Assembly: GCA_964605745.1 (NCBI GenBank)
Contig: CAZSDT010000001.1
Coordinates: 27,368 to 64,229 of the forward strand
Reading direction: 5' to 3'
DNA: 36,862 nucleotides
Origin: an uncultured archaeon
GTDB lineage: Archaea > Iainarchaeota > Iainarchaeia > Iainarchaeales > JAAZKV01
The position numbers and the translations under genes were made by a program. Shown here in pieces: positions 9,068 through 18,444 of the stretch. The notes under the pieces are model-generated. The model ran no database searches. It worked only from the letters and a program-made list of their open reading frames with translations, and had not been told where the DNA came from. How positions within the stretch are numbered: position 1 is the stretch's first letter; each line of letters starts with the position of its first letter.

Positions 9068-9637
9068 ATGGTTCTATTAAAATGGCTTAACCCATTGTTT
9101 AAATCTCGTTCTAAGAATGTTGCTGTTTTTGTTGATGGTCCTAATTTACTTAGAAAAGAGTTTGGAATTGACATTGATTTAATCAAAAAGGAGTCAATTA
9201 AATTTGGTTCAATTAAGATTGGAAGGGTTTATTTGAATCAATTTGCTTCTGATAAATTAGTAGAAGCAACTGTGAATCAAGGTTTTTCTCCGATTATTTC
9301 TACTACTGATGTTGATGTTGTAATGGCTTGTGATGCAACCGAAGTTGCATTTAATCCTAATATTGATGTAATTATTTTTGCTACAAGGGATAGTGATTTT
9401 CTTCCCGCTTTAATTAAAGCTAAAGCACATGGAAAAGAAACTGTTGCTTTAGTTGCTGAAGAAATGACTGCTGCAGCACTAAAAAATACTGCTGATAAGG
9501 TTGTTTATTTGAAAGGGAAAAAACCTGAACCAAAAATGGATAAGATTGAACACAAGCATGAAGAAAAAAAAGAATCCAAATCTGATGAGAAAAAAGAATC
9601 TAAATCTGATGAGAAAAAAGAATCCAAATCTAATTGA
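9068..9637 (+). CDS. NYN/LabA-like (PIN-fold) domain protein with a repetitive Lys/Glu/Ser tail
   Basis: 'VAVFVDGPNLLRK' and 'IFATRDSDFLPALIKAKAHGKETV' are the NYN/LabA acidic motifs. The ATG at 9068 is preferred over the GTG at 9056. Confidence 0.8.
   Translation: MVLLKWLNPLFKSRSKNVAVFVDGPNLLRKEFGIDIDLIKKESIKFGSIKIGRVYLNQFASDKLVEATVNQGFSPIISTTDVDVVMACDATEVAFNPNIDVIIFATRDSDFLPALIKAKAHGKETVALVAEEMTAAALKNTADKVVYLKGKKPEPKMDKIEHKHEEKKESKSDEKKESKSDEKKESKSN
9563..9634 (+). repeat. 3 x 24-nt in-frame tandem repeat encoding (E)EKKESKSD
   Basis: Units at 9563-9586, 9587-9610 and 9611-9634 are near-identical (gaRaaaaaagaatcYaaatctRat). Confidence 0.9.
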
Positions 9638-9754
9638 AAAAAATATTTTTTTGTGTTTTTTTGGTTTTTTTAAGAAAAATTGTATTTAAGGTAATTTTTA
9701 AGTACTAGTTATTTTCTTATTTAGTTATTAATTTAAAGAAGAGGTGAATAAATT

Positions 9755-10204
9755 TTGAATTTTCCTGTTGGAGAAGTGGTGGATAAAGGTAAGGTTCCTT
9801 TTGACTTTGTACAAAAAGTTCAGGATTTATTATCCAAATCTTTTAATGGTTATTTAGTTCTTTCAGTTAGAGGGCACTTTGTTGAAGAGGGTGCAATTTT
9901 TTTTAAGGGCGGGGAAATAATTGCTTGCGCTGTGGAATGTTTAGCAGCAGAGCGTACTCTTAAAGGAAATGAAGCTTTGGAATTTTTTTACAACCAAATA
10001 AAGGGCAGAGGATTTTTTCATTTAATTAGTTTGACTCGTTCTCAAGTGGATTTAGTCACTGCTTTTGATGAAAAACTTTTGGTTAATAAAATAGATTTAA
10101 AAGAGCTTCCAAAGACCCTTCCTTTGGCCTTCTCAGTAAAGTTCGAGAAGAATATTGGTGAAAAAAGTGCACTTGATACGTATGGATTGAGTGAATTAAA
10201 ATAA
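9755..10204 (+). CDS. Hypothetical protein (DUF4388/DUF2226-like by recollection)
   Basis: TTG start 8 nt after GAGGTGA. 'NGYLVLS...GAIFFKGGEIIACAVE...LKGNEALEFF' resembles the DUF4388-type pattern. Confidence 0.5.
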   Translation: MNFPVGEVVDKGKVPFDFVQKVQDLLSKSFNGYLVLSVRGHFVEEGAIFFKGGEIIACAVECLAAERTLKGNEALEFFYNQIKGRGFFHLISLTRSQVDLVTAFDEKLLVNKIDLKELPKTLPLAFSVKFEKNIGEKSALDTYGLSELK

Positions 10205-10237
10205 ATTGCCAATGTTTGTAATAAAATATAATAAAAT

Positions 10238-10729
10238 TTGCCTGGTGTTAAAGTGGTTTTAAAATTTATACGAAATTTCGCTCGCGGTGTATTGGATGAT
10301 GATACTGCTCGGCCAATTGTTCAAATAGACTTCTTAAAGGATTTTCTTTCAAAGCACAAATATGTTTATTCTCAGAACTTTGAAGAAAATTTAGTGATTT
10401 TAAAAAGAAAACATTGGGTTGATTCTTTTTTAGTTACAAACCTTGATGGAAGTATTGTTGTTTCAAGCGAAGGCAATGGTCACACGGAAGGTATAATGGG
10501 TACTGCAATGTTGTCTTATATTAAAAGTGAATTACCTGATTCTGAATCTGTTTTAATTAAAAGAAATGATAATTGGTTTATGTTGTTCCCTTTGAATAAA
10601 AAAGTTTTTATTGTTAAAGCGGGTTCTGAATTATCAAATTTGGAGTTACGAGCACTTTCAATTGAATTAGAATCTTTGCTTCAATTAAATAAGCAGAGTG
10701 AAAAGAAACGAATTTCTCAAATGGCTTAA
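10238..10729 (+). CDS. Possible Roadblock/LC7 (MglB-like) domain protein
   Basis: 'VDSFLVTNLDGSIVVSSEGNGHTEGIMGTAMLSYIK' resembles the Roadblock/LC7 core. Non-ATG (TTG/GTG) start, so the start is uncertain. Confidence 0.45.
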   Translation: MPGVKVVLKFIRNFARGVLDDDTARPIVQIDFLKDFLSKHKYVYSQNFEENLVILKRKHWVDSFLVTNLDGSIVVSSEGNGHTEGIMGTAMLSYIKSELPDSESVLIKRNDNWFMLFPLNKKVFIVKAGSELSNLELRALSIELESLLQLNKQSEKKRISQMA

Positions 10730-10854
10730 TTGTTTTTTATTTTTTAAAGATAGTGAAAAAAAGGTTTTTTTTGGAGAAATTTTATTTTTTGTCCCAATGA
10801 GTAGCTTTTTATTTTGTTTAAAGATTATTATTTTATTGTTTTGAAGGTTTTTTT

Positions 10855-11640
10855 ATGGGTAGAGTTATTGCAATTGCTTCAGGAAAAGGAGGCACAGGTA
10901 AAACAACTATTACAGCTAATTTAGGAATTGCTCTCTCAAAGTTAGGGCAAAAAGTTTTGTTGATTGATGCTGATGTAGCAATGGCAAATTTGTCATTAAT
11001 TTTAGGTATGCAATCTTCTCCAATTACTCTTCATGATATTTTACTTGGAGAAGCACAAGTACAGGATTCTATTTATGATGGGCCAGAGGGAGTTAGATTT
11101 ATTCCTTCAGGATTAAGTCTTGATAATTATAAGCGTGTTGATAGTGAGAGATTAATTTCAATTGTTTCTCAGTTAACTGAACAGTATGATTTTATTTTGC
11201 TTGATGTTGCCGCAGGTATAGAAAAAAATGTTCTTTCTGCATTAAGTGCTTCTCAAGAAACTTTGCTTGTAACAATGCCTACTTCTCCAGCAATTGCTGA
11301 TGCACTGAAAACAAAAATTGTTGCGCAAAGACTTAATTCGAAAGTAATTGGAGTAGTAATTAATTTTGTAATGAGTGAGAAGGGAGAAATAACAAAGAAT
11401 GATATTTCTAATATGCTTGAATTACCAGTTTATGGTAGTGTTCCTTATGATCCTGAAGTAAGGAAAAGTTTTATGCAGGAAAAGGTTTCGCCGGTAATTG
11501 TAAGAAAACCTTCTTCGCCTGCTTCTGAAGAAATTGCTAAAGTGGCTTCTAGGCTCACTGGATTAAAAATGCCTGAAAATGTGCAAGTGAAAAAAGTTGG
11601 TTTTTTGGAGAAATTATTTTCATTCTTCAAAAAGAAATGA
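10855..11640 (+). CDS. minD: MinD/ParA-family P-loop ATPase (archaeal MinD type)
   Basis: Deviant Walker A 'IASGKGGTGKTTITANLG', 'LLIDADVAMANL', Walker B 'FILLDVAAG'. Confidence 0.9.
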   Translation: MGRVIAIASGKGGTGKTTITANLGIALSKLGQKVLLIDADVAMANLSLILGMQSSPITLHDILLGEAQVQDSIYDGPEGVRFIPSGLSLDNYKRVDSERLISIVSQLTEQYDFILLDVAAGIEKNVLSALSASQETLLVTMPTSPAIADALKTKIVAQRLNSKVIGVVINFVMSEKGEITKNDISNMLELPVYGSVPYDPEVRKSFMQEKVSPVIVRKPSSPASEEIAKVASRLTGLKMPENVQVKKVGFLEKLFSFFKKK

Positions 11641-11649
11641 GGTGTTTTT

Positions 11650-11868
11650 ATGAGTAATAGACCGTTTGATCTTTTGAACGATGCGGTAAATAAAGAAGTT
11701 TTGGTTGTTTTGAAAGGGAATAATCAGGTAAGGGGAGTGTTGAAGGCTTTTGATATTCACATGAATCTTCACCTTGAGAACGCCTCACAATTAGTTGATG
11801 GTGAAATTAAAACTAAATACGGCCGAGTTCTAGTTAGAGGGGATAGTGTAATACTGGTTTCGCCTTAA
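11650..11868 (+). CDS. Sm-like archaeal protein (SmAP/LSm)
   Basis: Sm1 'VLVVLKGNNQVRGVLKAFDIHMNLHLENA' and Sm2 'VLVRGDSVILVSP'. Its GAGGTG Shine-Dalgarno overlaps the minD stop. Confidence 0.9.
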   Translation: MSNRPFDLLNDAVNKEVLVVLKGNNQVRGVLKAFDIHMNLHLENASQLVDGEIKTKYGRVLVRGDSVILVSP

Positions 11869-12022
11869 GTTTAATTAAAAAATAAAGTTAAGATTGATGC
11901 AGGGGCAAAAAAGGCCCTTCTTCATTTTTAATAAAGATATTTACTTATTTTCTTTTAACGAAAACCTTTTTATTCAAGAAAAAACAACAATACCTTAAAG
12001 TTATTAGTCAATTTGTGGTTTT

Positions 12023-13714
12023 ATGGATAAACGTCAGTCAGTAATTGAATCAATTCAAAAATTGCTTGCGCTTAATGTTTCTGATAATGAGATTGCTGAA
12101 AATTTATTTGATGTTGGAATTAGTAAAGAAGAAGCAACCAGTTTGATTATTGAAGCTAAAGGGGTTAAACCAGAAATTGTTCAAACTCAAGGTACTTTTA
12201 CTGTTGGAGCAAATACTAATCAAGATAGTTCAAAAATGCAAAATAATTCTACAGAACAAGATACTTCTGTAATTAAAAATAATTCATCTTCTTCTACTAG
12301 TAAAAATTTAAATCAAAAATCTTCAAAAGCAGTGTTTGACGAAACTGTAACAAAATTAAGTATGAATGATGAAGTTATTTCTCAAATTCCTTTTAATAAA
12401 CAAAAAAATGAATTAAATTCAAATACAAAACTTACTCCTGCGCAAAAAGATGCGGTTGAGGGTAGAATAATTAGTGATGTTGCAAATCAATCCACTGATG
12501 ATGAAGTTAGTGAAGATGACAAAATTAATTTGAGTGACGAAGCAAAAAATGAATCAACTGATTCAATAGAAAAAAGCGAAAATGATTCGGATTCAGAGAC
12601 TAAAATTAATTCAAATTCAAATAAAACGATTAGTGTAAATGATGAAGAGAGTGAAGATGAATTTGAGAGCAAAATAAAACAAACTCTTGCTAGTGCAAAA
12701 AAACAAAGTGTTTCGCCTCAAGTAAAAAATAAAAATTCTCAATTAAATTCAAATACTTCTTTTTCAAAAATAAATCCAACTCCCTCAAATTTTTCTTCTT
12801 CTCAAAAATATTCTCCATCCATTTCTCTTGATTCTTCTCCTGATTTTGAAGAGCTTTGGAAAAAAGGAATTGTAGTTGCTGTTAATGCAAAATTAAGTGA
12901 AATGAAGCAACTGAAAAATGATATTGATTCAGAAATTAGTCAAAAAGTGGATGAAGCACTTAGAAAAGAGCTTTATCAATTTAAAGTACTTAACGAATCT
13001 CAAAAAAATTTATTGATTTCAAGTAATAGAGAAGCTCTTGATCAAAAACAAAAAGAAATTACTTTTATTATTGATGCAAAAATTGCTGAATTAAAGCAGT
13101 ATAATAAACAAATTTCTGAGACATTAAGAATAATTGAAGAATCTAAAAAACAACAAGAGGCAGCTCTTGCTGAAATTACTCTTGCTTTAAGTGAAGCTAA
13201 AAAAACAAAAGCTCAATTAATTATAGAAGTTAATTCTGAAATGATAAAAACAAAATCACAGGCCCAATCTTTTATTGATTCAGCTTCTTTACAAATTCAG
13301 CAAATGGATGAAAGAGTGAATAAGACTTTGGAATTGGAAAAGAATATTGCAGAAGGAATGCTTAATCAGGCTGAACAAAAAATTGAACAATTAACAATCA
13401 ACCGCGCAGATGAATTAATTTCAAAAATGGAAGTTGAGTTAAATAATTTACAATCTGCAAGCAAAAAGATTTCGCCTGAATTATTGGATCAGAAAATCCA
13501 AGTGATTGAAAAGTTTAAACAAGATTTTATTATAAGCATGCAAACTAATTTGAATCAAATAAATTCTGCAATTGAAGAACTTAACAAAAAGAATGAATAT
13601 GCTCAAAATACATTTGAAGAAAAGTCTTTAGCAATTGATGCAAAGATGGAAGAATTAACTAAGTTTGAGAATCAATTTACTAAAATAATGGATACTATTC
13701 TAAGTAAGCAATAA
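12023..13714 (+). CDS. Large low-complexity/coiled-coil protein of unknown function
   Basis: 563 aa. Short helical N-domain (aa 1-50), then a ~220-aa Ser/Asn/Asp/Glu/Lys-rich linker, then a ~290-aa heptad-like Glu/Lys/Gln/Ile-rich C-terminal half. Confidence 0.75.
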   Translation: MDKRQSVIESIQKLLALNVSDNEIAENLFDVGISKEEATSLIIEAKGVKPEIVQTQGTFTVGANTNQDSSKMQNNSTEQDTSVIKNNSSSSTSKNLNQKSSKAVFDETVTKLSMNDEVISQIPFNKQKNELNSNTKLTPAQKDAVEGRIISDVANQSTDDEVSEDDKINLSDEAKNESTDSIEKSENDSDSETKINSNSNKTISVNDEESEDEFESKIKQTLASAKKQSVSPQVKNKNSQLNSNTSFSKINPTPSNFSSSQKYSPSISLDSSPDFEELWKKGIVVAVNAKLSEMKQLKNDIDSEISQKVDEALRKELYQFKVLNESQKNLLISSNREALDQKQKEITFIIDAKIAELKQYNKQISETLRIIEESKKQQEAALAEITLALSEAKKTKAQLIIEVNSEMIKTKSQAQSFIDSASLQIQQMDERVNKTLELEKNIAEGMLNQAEQKIEQLTINRADELISKMEVELNNLQSASKKISPELLDQKIQVIEKFKQDFIISMQTNLNQINSAIEELNKKNEYAQNTFEEKSLAIDAKMEELTKFENQFTKIMDTILSKQ

Positions 13715-13752
13715 ATTAATTTTTTTAAAAATTAATTAATTAAAAATTTATT

Positions 13753-14826
13753 TTAATTTCCTTTAGTTGTTGAGCAAGTTAATTTTTTGTTGTATTTATT
13801 TAAATGACTCAAATCTTTTTGAGTGTCATTATTATTATTATTTTTTACTTTTTTTCCTTCGGATTTAATTAGTTGGATCATTTCGCAAGCTTTGCATAAT
13901 TCTTTTTGGGTTGGTTCTTTGCATTTTTTGCATTCATGCAAGCAGTTGGATAATTTTTGTTTTAATTCTTTTTTTGGTTTTAGTAATGGTTTTAGATTTT
14001 CAAAAAAGCGCAGGATTGAATATTCTGTTCCGGGGAATCTATTTTCAAAATTATTAATCATTTCTCTATATTCATTTCTTTTTGCAGTCCAAGAGTAGGG
14101 GCAGCATTCTGCTGAGTAATGCTTTATATTATTCATTGCAGCGTATGCAATAATTTCTTTTTCAGGAGTTTCATATAATGGTTTTATTCTTTTTACAAAT
14201 CCTTCATAATCAATTATTCCGCTTGTCGCATTCATTCTTTTTAATCTATCAAAATCATTGTTGAATACATTCATTACAAAGCTCTGCACTTCATCATCCA
14301 AATTATGCCCTGTAACTAATTTATCCATTTTTAATTTCTTTGAATATTTGTTCATAATATTTCTTCGTAGGGTTCCACAAAAAGAACAGGTTCCTCCCAT
14401 TTTTGGGTTGGAAATAATTAGTGGCATTAATTTATCATTAGTTATTCCAAATTCTTTTTTAAATTGTACAATTGTATAATTTACTTTCCTCTCTTTGCAG
14501 TTGTCTTCAGCAATTTTTATTGCATTTTCTCGGTATCCTTTTACTCCTTCATCAATTATGAGTGCTGAAAGTAAATTGCTCTTTGAATAATATTTTGAAA
14601 GTAAGTGTAGTAATACGCAGGAATCTTTTCCTCCGCTTAATGCAATGAGTAGTTTTTCTTTTGGTTTAAATAGTTTGTATTTTCTTATAGTTTTTCTAAA
14701 TCTATCTTCAAAGAATTTTGTAAAGTGTTTTTCGCAAAAGTAATGTGGTCCGTAAGGCAGAGTTATGGCTACTTTTGCTCCGCAATGTTCGCAAAGAGTT
14801 GCGTTCTTTTTACCCATTTTTTGCAT
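13753..14826 (-). CDS. tRNA 2-thiolation PP-loop protein (TtuA/Ncs6/NcsA family)
   Basis: N-terminal Zn finger 'CEHCG...CEKH', PP-loop 'ALSGGKDSCVLLHLL', 'GHNLDDEVQSF', Fe-S-type cysteines 'CSFCGTLRR', plus an extra C-terminal 'CKKC...CKAC'. Confidence 0.85.
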   Translation of the reverse strand: MQKMGKKNATLCEHCGAKVAITLPYGPHYFCEKHFTKFFEDRFRKTIRKYKLFKPKEKLLIALSGGKDSCVLLHLLSKYYSKSNLLSALIIDEGVKGYRENAIKIAEDNCKERKVNYTIVQFKKEFGITNDKLMPLIISNPKMGGTCSFCGTLRRNIMNKYSKKLKMDKLVTGHNLDDEVQSFVMNVFNNDFDRLKRMNATSGIIDYEGFVKRIKPLYETPEKEIIAYAAMNNIKHYSAECCPYSWTAKRNEYREMINNFENRFPGTEYSILRFFENLKPLLKPKKELKQKLSNCLHECKKCKEPTQKELCKACEMIQLIKSEGKKVKNNNNNDTQKDLSHLNKYNKKLTCSTTKGN

Positions 14827-14940
14827 AAGTAATATGCTTTGCGTAAAGCTTTAAGTTTTAGTGAATGAAGCTAAAATTGGGGTTTAATGAATAGAAAATT
14901 AGTTTCTTTGGTTATTCAAAAAAAGGCCTCAGTAGTTAGC

Positions 14941-14948
14941 TTTATAAA
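14941..14948 (+). promoter_or_regulatory. TATA box (CTTTATAAAT) of the eL15 / superoperon promoter
   Basis: TTTATAAA lies 42-49 nt upstream of the ATG at 14990. GGTGA Shine-Dalgarno at 14978-14982. Confidence 0.55.
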
Positions 14949-14989
14949 TGCTTTTTTGGAAATTCTCTCTATTGACTGGTGAATAATAA

Positions 14990-15583
14990 ATGGGTGCAGC
15001 AAAATACATAAAAGCAGCTTTTCAGAACGAATGGAAAGGAACAACAGATTCAAATTATGATTATGCGGGTTTAATGCGAAAAAGAGGAATTGAATTTAGA
15101 AATGAAGATAGAGCGGTTGTTAAAGTTGAACACCCTACTAATTTAGTTGCTGCAAGAACTGTTGGTTACAAAGCTAAGCAAGGAATTTTTGTTGCTAGAG
15201 CAAGAGTAAGAAAAGGAACTGGAACTCATCACAGACCAAAGAATAAACGAAGACCAAAAAGACAAGGACAAGCAAAATTATCTAGAAAATTAAGTACTCA
15301 AGCAATGGCTGAACAGAAAGTTTCTAAGCACTTTGAAAATGCAGAAGCACTTGGCTCTTATAAGATTGCTGAAGATGGTAAGTGGCATTATTTTGAAGTT
15401 GTAATGGCTGATAGAAATGCTTCTACAATTTTAGCTGATAAGAATTTGAAGTTCTTAGCACACGGACACCAAGGAAGAGCAGAAAGAGGAAAGACTTTCG
15501 CTGGTGGAGCTAATAAGGAATTCAATAAAAAGAATCAAAGAAAAATTAGAGCAAAGAAAGCTCTTGATAGACACTTTGGATAA
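14990..15583 (+). CDS. rpl15e: Ribosomal protein eL15 (L15e)
   Basis: 'MGAAKYIKAAFQNEWK...' N-terminus and the basic core 'RVRKGTGTHHRPKNKRRPKRQG' are typical of L15e; 197 aa. Confidence 0.93.
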   Translation: MGAAKYIKAAFQNEWKGTTDSNYDYAGLMRKRGIEFRNEDRAVVKVEHPTNLVAARTVGYKAKQGIFVARARVRKGTGTHHRPKNKRRPKRQGQAKLSRKLSTQAMAEQKVSKHFENAEALGSYKIAEDGKWHYFEVVMADRNASTILADKNLKFLAHGHQGRAERGKTFAGGANKEFNKKNQRKIRAKKALDRHFG

Positions 15584-15607
15584 ATTTAGAAAATTTAAAA
15601 ATATTTG

Positions 15608-15633
15608 CTGCACAAAGTGCAGTAATTTTTTTT
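15608..15633 (+). terminator. Hairpin plus T8 after eL15
   Basis: ctgcac(15608-15613) aaa gtgcag(15617-15622), followed by taaTTTTTTTT (T-run 15626-15633). An AT-rich TATA-like box (tttatattta, 15631-15640) follows, 44-53 nt upstream of the ATG at 15684. Confidence 0.5.
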
Positions 15634-15683
15634 ATATTTATGGAGCCGAGAATTTCAACAGAAATTTGAGGAACATAAAAATA

Positions 15684-16256
15684 ATGATTTTTATGGATGT
15701 AGTTTATACTCAGCCACTCAAAGAGTTGCTGCAATTATCAGTCTACTTTAAAGAACCAACTATTGTCCTTGTAGAAAATGAAAAGGATGAAAAAGTTGCT
15801 AAACTAAATACTTTTTTTCCTTGTTATTTAATTAAAGAAAATACTCTTGATTCTGATATTCAAAAACTAAAAGGAAAAGTAAAAGCGGTTGTTGGTGGAA
15901 GTATTAAAGCTAATGAATTGGCAGTAAAAATTAAAGCTGATTTTTTACTTGCGCCTTCTAATTCTAAACAATTTTTTGATCTTGCGCTAGCAAAAAAACT
16001 TGCTGATAATAATACTACAGTTGTTTTGATGTTTGAAGAATTGATGAAACTAAATTCTTTTGAGCGACATTTGTATTGGAAAAATTATTGTGAAGTTGCA
16101 AAATATTGTAAATTAAAAAAGACTAAATTTATTGTTGCTTCTGCGTGTAAGGATCCATTGCATGTTAGGCCTAAAATAGTTAGAACAGATTTAGCATTAA
16201 TGTTGGGTTATCCAAAGGATTTAGCAATTAGTTCAATTAAACAGGAATTAAAGTAA
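15684..16256 (+). CDS. rnp3: RNase P protein component 3 (Rpp30)
   Basis: C-terminal 'FIVASACKDPLHVRPKIVRTDLALMLGYPKDLA' matches the Rpp30 pattern. Sits at the conserved position between eL15 and Pop5. The start is moved to the ATG at 15684 because the track ORF (15504) overlaps eL15. Confidence 0.7.
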   Translation: MIFMDVVYTQPLKELLQLSVYFKEPTIVLVENEKDEKVAKLNTFFPCYLIKENTLDSDIQKLKGKVKAVVGGSIKANELAVKIKADFLLAPSNSKQFFDLALAKKLADNNTTVVLMFEELMKLNSFERHLYWKNYCEVAKYCKLKKTKFIVASACKDPLHVRPKIVRTDLALMLGYPKDLAISSIKQELK

Positions 16257-16293
16257 ATGTTTTAGTTAGGATTAAATTAAATTTGTGGTTTTT

Positions 16294-16641
16294 ATGAATA
16301 TTGTTAAAGTAAAAAAATCAACTATTCCTCTTTCAAAAAGAGAAAGAAAGCGTTACATTCTTTTTGAAATATTAAATGCTGATGTAAGTGAAAAAGATTT
16401 TTACTTTGGTTTTTGGATAGAACTACTTTCTTTTTTCGGCTCAAAGGGTTTAGCAGAAATTAATCCAAAAGTTGTTCTATTTAAAGAAAATAAAGTTATT
16501 ATTAAATGTAAATCGGGGAAAGAAACTGATTTAATTGGTGGAACTGCATTTGTTGATAAGATCAGAAACAAAAAAATTATCTTAAATCCTCTGCTTACTT
16601 CAGGTACTATTAGAACTTTAAAGGAATTTGCAAAAATTTAA
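16294..16641 (+). CDS. rnp2: RNase P protein component 2 (Pop5)
   Basis: 'KRERKRYILFEIL' N-terminal signature, ~115 aa, conserved position after Rpp30. Confidence 0.75.
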   Translation: MNIVKVKKSTIPLSKRERKRYILFEILNADVSEKDFYFGFWIELLSFFGSKGLAEINPKVVLFKENKVIIKCKSGKETDLIGGTAFVDKIRNKKIILNPLLTSGTIRTLKEFAKI

Positions 16642-16823
16642 CTATTTTTTACCCTAAATTAATCATTTTAAAGAGTTTCTATCCTAAATGTATAGTATAT
16701 TGAAGTAAAGTTATGATGTTCTTTTGTGGACATTTTTTAACGATTTCTTTAAAAAGAAAAGGTAGTTTGAGGTTAGATAGAGTTTAATTATTTTTAATCA
16801 AATGGTTTGTTGAGGTGTGTTTG

Positions 16824-17543
16824 ATGTATCCAGTTCAAGGTTCAAAAGTTCCTGCTTATGATAAAGCAGCTACAATGTTTTCTCCTGATGGTAGACTTTA
16901 CCAGGTTGAGTATGCTAGTAAAATTGTTGAGCAAGGCAGTACTGGTGTAGGAATTATTTACAATGAGGGTGTAGTTTTAGTTGCTGATAAAAATGTTCAA
17001 AGTAAGTTAGTTCTTCCTGAATCAATTGAAAAAATATTCAAAATTGATGGAAATATTGCAGTTGTTTCTGCTGGATTAGTTGGAGATGCAAGAAGATTAG
17101 TTGGTATTGCAAGAAAGCAAGCTCAAGATAATAAAATGGTTTATTCTGAAGATATTCAAGTAGAAGTAATGGCTAAAGAAATTGCTGAAACAAAACAAGC
17201 TTTTACTCAATACGGCGGATTGCGACCTTTTGGAGTTGCTTTTATTATTGGCGGAGTAGATGAAAAGGGAGCAAAGATTTTTCAAACAGAACCAAGCGGA
17301 GCTTTAGCTGAATACAAAGCTGTTGCAATTGGAAGAAACAGGGACAAAGCAATGGAAGTTTTGGAAAAAGAGTATAAAGAAAATTTAACTTTAACTGAAG
17401 TACTTGGAATGGCTTACAAAGCAATTGAAAAAAGTTTACCTGAAAAAGAAAAATTGTCAATGAATAGATTAGAATTTGCTTTAATTGACAAGAGTGGTTT
17501 TAGAAGAATCACTGATAAAGAATTAAAACAAGCATTCAAGTGA
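16824..17543 (+). CDS. psmA: Proteasome subunit alpha
   Basis: 'YDKAATMFSPDGRLYQVEYA' alpha-subunit signature. GAGGTG Shine-Dalgarno at 16812-16817 favours the ATG at 16824. Confidence 0.95.
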   Translation: MYPVQGSKVPAYDKAATMFSPDGRLYQVEYASKIVEQGSTGVGIIYNEGVVLVADKNVQSKLVLPESIEKIFKIDGNIAVVSAGLVGDARRLVGIARKQAQDNKMVYSEDIQVEVMAKEIAETKQAFTQYGGLRPFGVAFIIGGVDEKGAKIFQTEPSGALAEYKAVAIGRNRDKAMEVLEKEYKENLTLTEVLGMAYKAIEKSLPEKEKLSMNRLEFALIDKSGFRRITDKELKQAFK

Positions 17544-17641
17544 GTGCTTAAATTTACATTTAGTAACTTAACTGCTTCCCTGAAGGAAAAAAGAAAAAGG
17601 GCGAAGCAATTTCTTTTTAGAAAAGTAGGAAAGGAATAAAC

Positions 17642-18343
17642 ATGGTTAGAGTAGAGGACGCAGTAGTTGCGCGTTTAGAAAGATTTGGTAATAAATTTGA
17701 AATATTAGTTGATGCTGATTTGGCCATGGATGTTAAACATGGTAAAGATTTTTCTCTTGATTCACTAATGGCGATTCCTAGAATATTTAAGGATCCAAAA
17801 ACTGGTGATGAACAAAGTGCTGATAATATAAAAAAAGTTTTTCAAACAGCTGACTTAAAAGAAATCGTTAAAAAAATTATTCAAGACGGGGACGTTCAAT
17901 TAACTACTGAACAAAGAAGAGCAATTTTGGAAAAGAAAAGATTGGAGATAATTAATTTTATTTCTAGAAATGCAATTGATCCAAAAACAAAAACTCCTCA
18001 TCCTCCGCAGAGAATAGAAAACTGTTTTGAACAAGCAAAAATTCACATTGATGCTTTCAAGAGTACTGAAGAACAAGTTAATGAAATAATTAAAGCGATT
18101 AGACACATTATTCCTATTTCAATGGCGAAAATAGATTTTGCAGTTAAAATTCCTTCTCAATATGCAGGAAAAACATCAAGCATTATCCACAAGTATGAAA
18201 TGAAGAAAGAAGAGTGGCTTAATGATGGTTCTTTAGCAGCAGAGTTTTCTCTGCCAGCTGGAGCAAAGCAGGATTTGTTGAATGAATTAAACTCAAGTAC
18301 TCATGGAGAAATTTTGGTTAAAATAATTGGTACTTCAGAGTAA
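17642..18343 (+). CDS. SBDS-family ribosome maturation protein (Sdo1)
   Basis: '[15 protein letters not shown]' FYSH-domain start, 233 aa, conserved superoperon position. Confidence 0.9.
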   Translation: MVRVEDAVVARLERFGNKFEILVDADLAMDVKHGKDFSLDSLMAIPRIFKDPKTGDEQSADNIKKVFQTADLKEIVKKIIQDGDVQLTTEQRRAILEKKRLEIINFISRNAIDPKTKTPHPPQRIENCFEQAKIHIDAFKSTEEQVNEIIKAIRHIIPISMAKIDFAVKIPSQYAGKTSSIIHKYEMKKEEWLNDGSLAAEFSLPAGAKQDLLNELNSSTHGEILVKIIGTSE

Positions 18344-18444
18344 AAATAAAAGTAAATAAAAATAATAAAAATAAAAGTAAATAAAAGTAAAAAATTGATT
18401 TAATTGAATGTAAAAAATAAAAATAATTTTTAGAAGGTGAATGC

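Noticed and set aside
11869-12022. A G/C-containing patch (tgcaggggcaaaaaaggccc) after the Sm gene, considered as a possible terminator hairpin or small RNA. The L37e gene that often accompanies archaeal Sm genes was also looked for here.
   Set aside because: Only a 3-bp stem can form. No C/D boxes are present, and no zinc-ribbon L37e-like ORF appears in any frame of this spacer.
15504-15683. The 60-codon N-terminal extension of the Rpp30 ORF.
   Set aside because: It overlaps the 3' end of eL15 and spans the eL15 terminator hairpin and T-run. The first ATG after a TATA-like box (15684) gives a normal-length Rpp30.
18345-18392. A-rich quasi-repeats (ataaaagtaa x3) between SBDS and rrp4, considered as a possible CRISPR or tandem repeat.
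   Set aside because: They are short, low-complexity and irregularly spaced, with no spacers. This is ordinary AT-rich intergenic sequence. No CRISPR-like array exists anywhere in the window.
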